A stretch of 64,000 bases of DNA from NCBI RefSeq assembly GCF_009914755.1, contig NC_060947.1; one strand, given 5' to 3'. Positions 1-12,843 of this stretch are shown piece after piece; the stretch's first letter is position 1; every line of letters starts with the position of its first letter. Made by a program: the position numbers and the translations under genes. The DNA comes from the human T2T-CHM13v2.0 reference genome, Homo sapiens. Under the pieces are notes generated by a model. It saw only the letters and a list, made by a program, of their open reading frames with translations, did no database searches and was not told the DNA's origin.

Positions 1-3000
1 ATGGTGAGGAAAAGAAGGTGTATTCTGCAGCTCTTGGGTGAAATGTTCTGTAAATATCTATTAGATCAATTTGATCTATGGTACAGATTAAATCCAAAGT
101 TTCCTTGTTGATACTTTTTTTCTGGAAGATCTGTCCAATGCTGAAAGTGGGGTGAAGTCTCCAGCTATTATTGTATTAGTGCCTATCTCTTTCTTTAGCT
201 CTAATAATATTTGCTTATATATCTGGGTGTTCAAGTGTTGGGTGCAAATATACTTAAAATTGTTATATTTTCTTTCTGATTCGATCCCTTTATATATAGT
301 GACCTTCTTTGTCACTTCTTATAGTTTTTGTTTGGAAAAATATTTGTCTGATATAAGTATAGCTTCTTCGGCTCTTTTTTGGTTTGCATTGGCATGGAAT
401 ATATTTTTCTATCTCTTTATTTTTCAGTCTATGTGTGTCTTTATAGGTAAAGTTTGTTTCTTTTTGGCCACAGAACAATGGGTCTTGTTTTCTCATCCAT
501 TCAGCTAGTCCATGTCTTTGGATTAGAGAATTTAGGATGGTTACATGCAATATGAGTATTGATAAGTAAGGACTTACTCTTGTCATTTTTTTGTTTTCTA
601 GTTTTTTGGTGGTATTCTCTTCTTTCTTTTCTTCCTGTCTTCTATTAGTGAAGGTGCTTTTCTCTGGTGATACAAATTAGTTTCTTGATATTTATTTTTT
701 TGTGTATCCATAGTATTTCTTTTGGATTGAAGTTACCAAGAGGCTTGCAAATACTATCGTATAACCATTATTTTAACCTGATAGGAATTTAACGTGGTTT
801 GCATAAACAAACAAGCAAAAAGAAAATTAATAAAAATTCTATGCCTTAACTTTATCTTCTCTAATTTTTAAATTTTGTTGTTTCTGTATCTTATGGTACT
901 GTTCATGTCTTGAAAACTTTTTGTAGTTATTATTTCCGATTGGTTTATAATTTAGTCTTTCCAATTAGGATACAAGTAGTTTACAATCCACAGTTACAGT
1001 GTTATAATACTATGTGTTTTTCTGTTTACTTACTATTACTAGTGAATTTTGTATCTACAGGTGATTACTTTTTATTTATTAATATTCTTTTCCCTCTAAT
1101 TGAAGTACTCCCTTTAGCATTTCATGTAGGACAAGTCTGGTGTTGAAGACATCCCTCTGTTTTTGTGTATCTGGAAAAGTCTGTATTTCTCTTTCGTGTT
1201 TGAAGAATATTTTCACTGGATATACTATTCTAGGCTAAAAGGTTTTTGTTTTATTTTTCTTCAGTGCTTTAAATATGTCATGCCACTCTCTCATGGCCTG
1301 TGTTAAACCTGTTTAGTGTTCTATAACCTTCTCATACTTGAATATCGATATCTTTCTCTGGGTTTGGGAAGTCCTTTCTTACTATCCCTTTGAATAAACT
1401 TTCTACCCCTATCTCTTTCTCTACCTCTTCTTTAAGGCCAATAACTCATAGACCTGTTCTTTTGAAGCTGTTTTCTAGATCCTGTATGCGTGCTGTATTG
1501 TTTTTCATTGTATCTTTTTTTAATCTCCTCTGACTGTATATTTTCAAATAGCCTGTCTTCAAGCTCACCATTTCCTTCTCTGCTTGATCAATTCTGCTAT
1601 TTAAAGACTCTGATGCATTCTTAAGCACATCAATTGCATTTTTAGCTCCAGAATTTCTACTTCATTTTTAAAAATTATTTTAATCTTTTCGTTAAGTTTA
1701 TCTGATAGAATTCTGGATTTATTCTCTGTGGTATCTTGAATTTCTTTGTTTTTCTTCAAAACAGCTCTTTAGTATTATCTGTCTGAAGAGTCACATATCT
1801 CTGTTTCTCCAAGATTATTTCCTGATTTCTTACTTAATTTATGTGGTGAGGTTTATTTTCCGGCATGGTGTTGATGCTAGTGGATGTTCTTTGGTGTCTG
1901 GGCATTTAAGAGTTAAGTATTTGTGGTGGTCTTCACTATTTGGGCTTGTTTGCACCCATCCTTCTTGGGAAGGCTTTCCAGATATTTGAAAGGATTTGAG
2001 TGGTGTGATATAAGGTCTATGTGCTTTAGGGGGCACCCCAAGCCCAGTAACACTGTGGCTGTTGTAGACTCATAGAGATACCATCTTGATGGTCTTAGAC
2101 AAGGTCTGAAAAAATTTTCTGGATTACCAGGCATAGACTCTTGTTCCCTTCCTTTACTTTCTCCCAAACAAACAGAATCTCTCTGTCTGATCTGAGCCCA
2201 CTAATGCTGGGAGGAGTGACACAAGCACTTCTGTGGCCACCACCGCTAAGACTGTGCTGGGTCAGACATTAAGGCAGACCAGTACTGCGTCCTGCCCAAG
2301 GGCTGCTATAACCATTCCCTGGCTTGCATTTATGTTTGCTCAAGGCCCTAGGGCTCTACAATTAGCAGGTTGCAAATCCAGCCAGACCTGTGTTTTTCCC
2401 TTCAGGGCAGTGAGTTTCCCTAGACCCCAGATGGGTCCAGAGGTGTCATTCAGGATTCAGGGACTACAGTCAAAATCTTAGAAGTGTACCTGGCATTTTA
2501 CACTTAGGTACACTGAGAAGTGTACCTGTGGCTGAGCTGGCACTCAATGCACAAGAGGCAGTTTTTTTCTACTGTTTTCTCCTTTCACCGAAGGCAAAGG
2601 AGCCCCACCCCATGGTCACTGCTACCGCGGGCCACTGGGAGTGCTGCCATGTTCCTTTAAGACCCAAGGGCTCTTCAGTCAGCTTCTGGTGGATTCCTCC
2701 TGGCCTGGGAATCTCCATTCAGTGCAGTGGACTTTCCTCTGGCCCAGTTTAGGTCAAGAAATTTTGTCCAAGGGTCAAGTCCTGAAACTGGAAACTTTAA
2801 GGGCCCACTTGGTGCTCTATTGGCCTGTGGACATGCTTGTTTCTAAGGTGCAAGACAAAGTCCCCTTTACTTTTCCCTCTGCTTTTGTCAAGCAGAAAGA
2901 GCTTCACCCCATAGTCACCACAGCTGATAATGTGCTGAGTCTCACCTGAAGACAGCAAGTCCCAGAGCCTTACCAAAGTTCCTCAACATAGTACCTGGGT

Positions 3001-3608
3001 ATCACTGGTGGTTGTTCAGGGCCCAAGGGCTCTTCTGTTAGCAAGTAATAAATGCTACCAGGACTGGTTTCTCCCATTCAAGGCAGTAGGTTACCTTCTG
3101 GCGCAGGTTTTGTCTGGGAGATAGGGCCTAGAAATGTGCTCACGCTCTGATCATTGTCTTATCCTGCTTTGGCTAAGCTGGTAACCAACATACAAGACAA
3201 AGTCTTCCCCCCTCTTCCTTATCCTATGTTCAAGTGGAAGAAAGGGGTTTCTTTCAGAGCTGTAAGCTGTGCAACCTGGGATTAGGAAAGGGGTGATGCC
3301 AGCACTCCTCAGATGGTCTCGGTAGGTCATGTGCCCCTCTAGTTTACTGCCTCTGGGCCAAGTTCAGTCTTAGAACTCACAGAAGAGTTGCAGTTTTTAT
3401 GGCATAGACTGCCTTTCAAGTTTACTTAGAGACCGAGAGCACTTTGGCCGTCAGTGGTAAAGTTTCTGGGAACTCAAATTTGGACCACTGGATCAGTGAT
3501 TCCCCTCTGGGTAGGGCTGGTTTATGTGCTTCCCCTGTGGGCGGACATCAACTGAGTTTCATCCAATTTTCCTTTCTGCTCTAAGAGGACAGCACTCAGT
3601 TCAACACT
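1..3608 (-). mobile_element. Old L1 (L1MA/L1M1-like) 5' half: ORF2 endonuclease remnant (1-~590), long inter-ORF region, ORF1 remnant (~1150-1950) and 5'UTR
   Basis: Minus-strand ORF pieces read as L1 endonuclease (VSPYLSILILHV..LNSLI, DKEGHYI, TIIAGDF.TPLSALDRSSR) and ORF1 (SLNSRIDQAEK, RIQDLENSFKR); many stops and frameshifts; repeated units in the 5'UTR. Confidence 0.88.
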
Positions 3609-4210
<602 letters not shown>

Positions 4211-5017
4211 TATGTTTTTTCCTCTCTCTCTAGTATTTTCACACTCATTTTCTCCGGCAAACATTTATACACACAAAGTCAGGGGTGAGTTTAGTCAATG
4301 AAGTAAAAATAATCAGTCAAGTCTGTCACAAAATAATGAAAAAGGCTAACTCTTTAAATGATAATCCGTTTCTTGTAATGCTATAGTATTGCTTGTGATC
4401 CTTTTTCAGATGTTGCCTCTGATTTGGGAGAGCTTTCAAAGGTGGAAACTCAGAAAAGTGGAATGTAACTCAGTAAATTCTAGATTTCTATTTTAGTGTA
4501 CCAATGCTTATGGTGTATTAGAAAGGGTCCCTTCGGATTTACGTGAAGAAGTTTTGATCTTTTATATTACATCTTGCAGCTAGTCATCAGCAATTTACTG
4601 TCTGCAAGAAAGTGTAACTTCAAAGCAAATTGGAGCTTAGTCAAATTAGGGCTTAAATTAAATAGGTAGTTTTCTTTAAGTGAAGTGTTAGAAGCAAAGA
4701 AATTATGTCCAATCTAGGAAGGACTCTCTAATTTGGACCATGTATAGGTTCGCATGCACCCACTTCTTCCTCTAGCCAGCTTTCCTGTCCCCAAAAATCA
4801 GTGGCACTTTATTTTTTTCATATAGTAAAAATCCAAGATTTTAGTAAAAAAAATCTGCAGCCTTTTGTTCCTCCATCCTGAATGAGTGGAAAATCTAGAG
4901 ATTCTAAAGCTGAAGCTCAGGAATGGCCATATTTGGGAAACACCTTTGAGCTCTATGTTATAATAGGGCTTTTGATTATGATGTGTGCTAAAATTAGAGT
5001 ACCACTGACATAAATAT

Positions 5018-5043
5018 TGTGTGTGTGTTTGTGTGTGTGTGTG
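5018..5043. repeat. (TG)n microsatellite, interrupted
   Basis: tgtgtgtgtgtttgtgtgtgtgtgtg read directly. Confidence 0.9.
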
Positions 5044-5183
5044 AATGTATTTAAGAAGCTTTTAAAGCATAAAGTTTCTGCTCAAGAATCCCACTATATA
5101 TAGCAGAGGAGACAGATATCAGTGTAACCAATTAGAGTTCAGAGCATAAGTGAACAAATTCTAAAATGATATTGTATACACAT

Positions 5184-7501
5184 TGTATTAGTCCATTTTC
5201 ATACTGCTATAAAGAACTGCTCAAGACTGGGTAATTTATATTAAGATAAAAAGGTTTAATTGACCAAAGTTCAGCATGACTGGGGAGGCCTCAGAAAACT
5301 AATAATCATGGCAGAAGGCGAAGGGGAAGCAAGGCATCTTCTTCACAAGGCGAAAGGAAGGAGAAGTGCTGAGTGAAGGGGAAAGAGCCCTTTATAAAAC
5401 CATCAAATCTCATGAGAACTAACTCACTATCACAAGAACATCATGGGAGAAACTGCCCTCATGATTCAATTACCTCCAACTGGTCTCTCCCTTTACACAA
5501 GGGGATTATGGGGATTACAATTCAAGATGCTATTTGGGTGAGGACACAAAGCCTAATCATATTATTTCATCCCTGGGACCTCCCAAATCTCATGCCCCTT
5601 TCACATTTTAAAACGAATTATTTCATCCCAACAGTCCCAAAAATCTTACTTCATTCCAGCAGTAATTTACCCCAAATTCCAAGTCCAAAGTCTCGTCTGA
5701 GACAAGGCAAGTCCTTTCCACCTAGGAAACTGTAAAATCACAAGCAGGTTAGTCACTTTCTAGATAAATGGGGATACAGGCATTGGGTAAACACACCCAT
5801 TCCAAATGTGATAAATTGGCCAAAATGAAGGGGCTACAGGCCCCATACCAGTCCAAAATGCAGCAGGGCAGTCATCAAATCTTAAAACTCCAAAATGATA
5901 TTCTTTGACTCCATGTCTTACATCCAAGTCACACTGATATAAGAGGAGGGTTTCCATGGCCATGGGCAGCTCTGCCCCTGTGGCTTTGCAAAGTACAGCC
6001 TCCCACTAGGCTACTTTCATGGGCTGACATTAAGTGTCTGCAGCTTTATCAGGTGCGCGGTGCAAGCTGTCAGTGGATCTGTCATTCTGTGGTCTGGAGG
6101 ACAGTGGCCCTCTTCTCATAGCTCTGCTAAGCTGTGCACCAGTGGGGACTCTGTGTGGGGGCTCTAATCCCACATTTTCCTTCCACACTGCCCTAGCAGT
6201 AGTTCTCCATGAGATCTCCACTGATGGTGCAAAATTCTGCCTGTACATCCAGGCACTTCCATACGCCCTATGAAATCTAAGTGGAGGTTGCCAAAATTCA
6301 GTTTGTAAGTTCTGTGCACCTGTAGGCCCAACACCATATGTAAGCTGTCAATGCTTGGGGTTTGCACCCTGTGAAGCAACAAACTGATTTTTATGTTGGC
6401 CCCTTTTAGCCATGGCTGCAGCTGGAGTGGCAGCCCCCGTGACACAGGGTGCCAAGTCCCGAAGCTGCATGGAGGTTGGGGGTGGGGACAGCCCTGGGGC
6501 TGGCTCACAAAAAATATTTTTTCCTCCTAGGCCTCAGGGCCTGTTATGGGAGGGGCTGCCTTGAAGTCCTCTGACATGCCCTGAAGACATTTTGCCCATT
6601 GTCTTGGTGATTAAAATTGGGTTCCTCATTACTTATGGAAATTTCTGTGGCTGGCTTTAATTTCTCCTCAGAAAATGTTTTTTTGTTTTGTTTTGTTTTC
6701 TATCACATGGTCAGGCTGCACATTTTCCAAACTTTTATGCTCTGTTTCTTTTTTAAACATGAGTTCCAATTTCAGATAATCTCTCTCAAGTTGAATGTTT
6801 CACAGATCTCCAGGGCAGGGACAAAATGCTACCAGTCTCTTTGCTAAGGCATTGCAAGATTGGCCTTGGCTCCAGTTCGCAGTGAGTTCCTCATCTTCAC
6901 GTGAGACCGCCTCAGCCTGAGCTTCATTGTCCATATCACCATCAGCATTTTGGTCACAACCATTCAACAAGTCTCTAGGAAGTTTTAACTTTCCCACATC
7001 TTTCTGTCTTCTTCTGAGCCCTCCAAACTGTTCCAACCTCTGCCTGTTACCCAGTTCCAAAGTCACTTCCACATTTTTCTGGTATTTTTATAGCAAACAT
7101 CCCCCTGTCTGCACTACCAATTTACTGGATTAGTCCATTTCCATACTGCTCCAAAAAACTGCTCAAGACTGGATAACTTATAAAGGAAAGAGGTTTAATT
7201 GACTCACAGTTTAGCATGGCTTGGGAGGCCTCAGGAAACATGATCATGGCTGAATGTAAAAGGAAGCAAGGCACCTTCTTCACAAGGCAGCAAAAAAGGA
7301 GACGTGCCAAGTGAAGGCGGGAGAGTCCCTTATAAAACCATCAGATCTCGTGAGAACTCACTCAGTATCACAAGAACAGCATGGGAGGAACAGCCCCCAT
7401 GAGCAATTACTTCCACCTGGTCTCTCCTTTAAAACATGGAGATTATGAGGATTATAATTCACGATGAGATTTGGGTGGGGACACAAAGCCTAATCATATC
7501 A
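5184..7501 (-). mobile_element. Full-length THE1D-like MaLR element: LTR 5184-5564, internal 5565-7125, LTR 7126-7501
   Basis: Two direct LTR copies (tg[t/g]attagtccattt...cacaaagcctaatcatat[t/c]a); exact 5-bp TSD CACAT at 5179-5183 and 7502-7506; THE1-int sequence between them. Confidence 0.95.
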
Positions 7502-7684
7502 CACATTTTCAGTTCTGATCAGGAGATTCTCAGAATATTCCTAAAATGAAGTAGTATGGAGGCTAAGCCCTAAAAACTGATTACAAATTTGAAAGTCAAA
7601 TAATACGTGAGATAAAATATAACTTATAGCCCTCTAAACATATTATGAGATTGAGTATAGGCATGCATGAATGCACAGTGGTTT

Positions 7685-7877
7685 AAATTTAGCCAAGATA
7701 ACTTTCCGTGGTGATGTAAAAGTTCTGTATCTGTGCTGTTCAGTATAGTAGCCACTATTTCAATGTGGCTATTGGGGTTGGGCTAGTGAGACTGAAGATA
7801 TATATATATATATTTAAATATATATTTAAATTTAAACAGTTACATTTTTCTAGTGCTACTATATTAGACAACACTGT
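7685..7877. mobile_element. MER3-like hAT-Charlie MITE with an internal (TA)n run
   Basis: aactttccgtggtgatgtaaaagttctgtatctgtgctgttcagtatagtagccacta...ctagtgctactatattagacaacactg. Confidence 0.7.
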
Positions 7878-8899
7878 TTTAGAAATTGAGTATAAAATGA
7901 GTTTCCAAGAACACATCCTCAATCCATTCTCCCTCCACCTTAATACAAACATAGCTTGAAGACTTTTCTAAAATTGCTAATTCTGCAACTGCATGTGAGA
8001 AGGACATTTCTGGGTTCCTCTTTTTTAACACTGGAGAAAATTATTTATGTGAATCTAGCTCCCTTAAATTTTTCAAGTTCCAGAATGTTTTCATAAATTC
8101 TTGTCTTGGGAATAATACATTTTGGAGAAGTCTAAGCTGGTAAATTCAGTATGGCAGTATGACTAAAACAGCATTGCAGTTTCAGCCCCTCAGGTCAAAA
8201 TACCAGCTTATTTCTGAGATTTCCTTCTTACAAGTAGGAGTGTTCTCTTACAGGTGTTCCTTTTTACATCATCCCTTGTTTGTTCAGCTGCGCATATTGC
8301 ATCAAAGGCAGAGCAAAGAAGATAATTAAATTGGGCCAGATGTTTTCTTTGGACTGACACATTGAACTCCACGAGTTTCTCGTTACAGGATTTGTGGATT
8401 CTTTGTGAACCAATTAGGGGTGGGGGTTAGAGACATGCATGGTTGCTTGTACAAACAAATCTTAAGGCGATTCAACAGAGATAGAAATTTGGCAGGACTA
8501 GTTTCCAAGACAACAGGTCACAAGAGCCAGTTGATAAGACAGGGGACAGTAAAGAAACAGGCCAAAAATAGCTAGAACCAAGATAATAATAAAAGAGACC
8601 CCTGGTTACCTTCACTGCTCATTGTGTACTAATTATAGTGATTAACATGCTAAAAGACACTCCTACCAGTGCCCTGACGTTTTAGAAATGCCACGGCAAC
8701 ACCCAAAAGTTACCCTGTATGGTCTGGACAGGGGGAAAAAAAACAGTGCTGTGAGCCCTCTGCCCCTTTCTTAGAAAACTCATACATAATCCACCCTTAT
8801 TTCACTTATGATAAAGAAATGACCATAAATATAGCCAACCAGAGCCCTCAGGGATATTATGCCTATGGAGTCACCATCCTCTTATTCCTATACTTTCTT

Positions 8900-8907
8900 T
8901 TTAAAAT

Positions 8908-8954
<47 letters not shown>

Positions 8955-9406
8955 GTGTGTGTGTGAAATGAGATATTCTGATACAGGCATTCAATGTGTA
9001 ATAACCACATCAGGGTAAGTGGGGTATCCATCACCTCAAGCTTTTATCCTTTTTGTTACAAACAATTCAACTATACCATTTTGGTTATTTTAAAATATAC
9101 AATTAAATTGTTTGTGACTATAGACACTTCGTTGTGTTAGCAAATACTAGGTGTATTTATTCTTTCTAGCTATTTTTTTTTTGTACCCATTAACCATCCC
9201 CACTTCTCCCTCTCCCTCCCAAAACCCTTCCAAGCCTCTGGTAACCATCCTTCTACTTATTACTTCCATGAGTTCTATTATTTTAACGTTTAGCTCCCCC
9301 AAATAAGTGAGAGCATATGAAGTTTGTCTTTCTGTGCTTGGCTCATTTTACTTAACATAATGACCTCTAGTTTTATCCATGTTGTTACAAATGACAGGAT
9401 CTTCTT
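8900..9406 (-). mobile_element. 5'-truncated L1MA2/L1MA3-like 3' end
   Basis: gagatattctgatacaggcattcaatgtgtaataaccacatcagggtaagtggggtatccatcacctcaagc; ORF2 tail (LSFVTTWIKLEVIMLSKMSQAQKDKLHMLSLIWGS); TSD tactttctt at 8891-8899 and 9407-9415. Confidence 0.88.
8913..8965. repeat. (AC)20 followed by AA(GT)n inverted microsatellite
   Basis: Read directly from the sequence. Confidence 0.95.
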
Positions 9407-9669
9407 TACTTTCTTAATAAATTTGCTTTCACTTTCGTCTGTCAGTTCACCCTTATAATTCTTTCCTGCATGAAGCACAGAACCCACTTGAATTCCTGGG
9501 CTGAGCCCAAATTTTGGGGTTTGCCTTGTGACACAAATATCAGATGCTCTTACCCCTACCCTTTACCCAAATCTTGGTGAGCTGTGCTAAGAAATATGAA
9601 TCACTTAAAAATTATGTTTTCTCAATTATTTCAGCATCTAAAGTACTGTCTCCAAAGGTGCTCAGAAAT

Positions 9670-10042
9670 TGATATGGTTTGGCTGTGTCCACATCCAAAC
9701 CTCATCTTGAATTGTAGTTCCCATAATCCCTACATGTGGTAGGAGGGACCTAGGGGGAGGAAATTGAATCATGGGGTGGTTTCCCCCATGCTATTCTCGT
9801 GATAGTAAGTTCTCACCAGATTTGGGAGGCTGTCTATAAGGGGCTTCTCCCTTCGCTCAGCTCTTATTTTTCTCTCTCATGCTGCCATGTGAAGGACATG
9901 TTTGTTTCCCTTTTCACCATGGTTGTAAGTTTCTTGAGCCCCCCCTAGCACTGCTGAACTTGAATCCATTAAACCTCTTTCCTTTATAAATTACCCAGTC
10001 TCAGGTATGTCTTTATTAACAGTGCAAGAATAGACAAATACA
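9670..10042 (+). mobile_element. THE1 (C/D-like) solo LTR
   Basis: tgatatggtttggctgtgtcc...gaatagacaaataca; near-TSD gaaat/gaaac. Confidence 0.92.
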
Positions 10043-10649
10043 GAAACCTCATAATATAATGAAATAATCAAAGTTCAGAGAAATGAACTGAAATGGAAGA
10101 TCCCAAACTGAAACATTTCTGTGTATGACACCAAATCAATTTCACATACTCATAAATATATTGATTCTTGAGGGCACAATCCCACAGGGTTTAGTTCCTG
10201 CATCTCCATAAGGGCAGCATATGTGCTATGCTTTATAAATTTATCTGCTGTGTAAAATTATCTTTGTAGCCCCCTTTTTTTTCTCCATGTCTATGTCTCT
10301 CATCTTCCCCTTATAAACTCCTAGAGCTGCTTTAGACTAAGATAAGCCATTATCTTTCATTCCCCTATCCCCGATCCAGGGAAGAGATTTTGTGCAAGTT
10401 ACTGTGTTTAACATGGACATCAAAAGTAGTCTTGGAGGGGAAAGGAATAATCAATACATGGAATCCCTGAACTGACCAAAGAATGTGATTTTAGTAAAAC
10501 AAACAAAGGGCGTAAAAAAAGTGAGGAATTAATATATTTTATCTCCAATCCAGGAGAGTGTTCTAAACAGAGAGAGACTGAATTGGAAACAATTCATAAA
10601 TTGCTCTGCCTTGAGGACAGGTGGAGAAGAAATGGATCTGAAATGTACC

Positions 10650-10860
10650 ATGTATTAGAAACTGGCAAGCACCTTATAAACACTGAATCATGTAATGTTC
10701 ACAACAGCCTTATAAAGTTAGTACCGTTATGGCCTTCATTTTACATCTGAGAAAATTTAGGCTAAGAAAGATGACTGTGACTTTTTCAGGATCACATAGC
10801 TAGTGATGAATGATACAGCTAAATCGAATACTTATGCATTCAATCGCTATGTTCCACTGT
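10650..10860 (-). mobile_element. MIR
   Basis: ttcacaacagccttataaagttagtaccgtta..cattttacatctgagaaaatttaggctaagaaag..gatcacatagctagt. Confidence 0.7.
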
Positions 10861-11099
10861 CTGTTTTGAAGTTTCTTTAGTGTATTCTCCTTTTCAAATA
10901 AAGGTCTCTGCCTCTAAACATCAAGAGTTGCGCTTGGAGTCAATAGAATTGTTTTCAAACTGAATAGGGACTGGGGATATTTTTTTCCAAATTTGGAAAA
11001 TAATAAAGCATGCCTTTTAAGAGAACCTATTAAAGTTGGTTTGAACACAGGTCTAGAGGTGGGGCTTTGGGAGATGACTGAGCAATCCTGATTTAAGAA

Positions 11100-11280
11100 C
11101 AATAACAGTTACCATTTATTGAACACTTACTGTGTTCCAGGACAGTTACAATTAGTTTCTTTTAAAATCATCATGAGGAGCCTGTGAAATAGATATTATT
11201 TTTACCCCCACTTTAAATATACAGACAAAAATGTGCAAAAAGAAAAAAACAACTTGGCTGAAGATTAAGAGCTAAGTAAC
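11100..11280 (-). mobile_element. MIR fragment
   Basis: aataacagttaccatttattgaacacttactgtgttccagg..cctgtgaaatagatattatttttacccccacttta. Confidence 0.6.
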
Positions 11281-12503
11281 TTCAATTGATCATGATTATC
11301 TATTTAGTTGTTTGTCTTCTTCATTACGCTAGAAGTGTCTTTAGTAAAGATCATTCTTTATTATTTTTCATATCTTCAGCCCGAGGCCCAGGGCTTGGAA
11401 CAAAAGAAACATGTAATAAATGATAATTCCTATGAACAATTTTATGCTAACTTCCAGAAAAAATAAATATAAATGGAAAACACCAAAAAGTTTGATGTGA
11501 AATACTTTTGCTTAAAGGAATATATTATCTGCTTCCTATCTGCCCATATTCTAGATAGTAAAGGGAAAGCTGTTTCCCTTTTTGGATGTTGGGTTAGGAA
11601 TATATATAGCAATGGGTTATGTTTTTTATAACATCCTCCTAAACCTTGCCATCTACAAATAACATTTTTAATAGATCTTGCTAAACTGTGATTCTGATAT
11701 CCCACATTTTATGGTGTTTACCTTGGTGAGGATCCAGAAAATTAGAGAAACAATCTGAATACACGGTAGACAAAGCATGTCTACAAGTGTATTTTTGTAT
11801 ATTTGGGAGATATTATTGGATATCCTAAAGCTTGGAGTGCGTGCTGTTTTTGCTTGATTTGATTACTGCATTCATGTTAAGAAAACATTGCACTTTGGTA
11901 AAATATGTGTCTTAACCATGTTGTGGTAGATTCAATGACTGCCTTTTTGTGAATCTGGATTAATTTCCCTGTATATTTTAATTATAACTTTTTATCTTCA
12001 TATAGTTTAAGACTTACAAGAAGTCGCAAAAATAGCAGAGAGAGCTCCTGTGTGCCTTTTTCTCAACTTCCCCACAAAATAATACTAGTATCTTTCATAA
12101 CCATAATTCATAATACATCGTGAAACTCAGAAAATTGATGTTGGCACATTACTATTGACTCAAGTATTTACATTATGCAGATCTCACCAGTTTTTCTCTG
12201 TACATCACATGTGTGTATGTGTAGGTGTGTAGTTTTAGTAAATATTATCATACATATGGATTTGGGAAATCATCATCAAAATTACAATACAGAACTGTCC
12301 CACTGCCACGGATAAACTTCCTCTTGTTACCACTTAAAGGTTATATTCTTTCCCCAACTCAAACACCTGGCAACCACTAGCTTCTCTTCCATCTCTGTAA
12401 CTTTTAAAATGTAAGAATGATATATAAAAGGTATTATATAGTATTGTAACCTTTGAAACTGACATGTTTTACTCAGCATAATGCCCCCCCCCCCCCGCCC
12501 CCC

Positions 12504-12797
12504 TTTATTTTTTTTAATTGACAGAGTCTCACTCTGTAGCCCAGGCTGGAGTGCAGTGGTGCAATCTCGGCTCACTGCAAGCTCCACCTCCTGGGTTCAT
12601 GTCTCAGCCTCCCGCCTCCCAAGTAGCTGGGACTACAGGTACCCGCCTCCATGCCTAGCTATTTTTTTTTTTGTATTTTTAGTAGAGACGAGGTTCACCA
12701 TGTTAGCCAGGATGCTCCTGATCTCCTGACCTTGTGATCCACCTGCCTCAGCCTCCCAGAGTGCTGGGATTACAGGTGTGAGCCACCGCGCCTGGCC
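12504..12797 (-). mobile_element. AluY-like element with a small internal deletion
   Basis: cactgcaagctcc diagnostic; TSD cataatgcccc at 12477- and 12798-. Confidence 0.93.
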
Positions 12798-12843
12798 CAT
12801 AATGCCCCTTATATTTATTCAAGGTGTTAGTTGAATCAATATT

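Larger units (their letters stand above)
8381..9533 (+). mobile_element. MER41-family ERV1 solo LTR, split by an L1MA insertion (LTR parts ~8381-8899 and ~9407-9533)
   Basis: MER41-type motifs: cactgctcattgtgtactaattatagtgattaacatgctaaaagacactcctaccag, aaatgccacggcaac..aagttaccctgtatggtct, tactttcttaataaatttgctttcacttt; ends ...tgtgaca. The 5' boundary is approximate. Confidence 0.8.
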
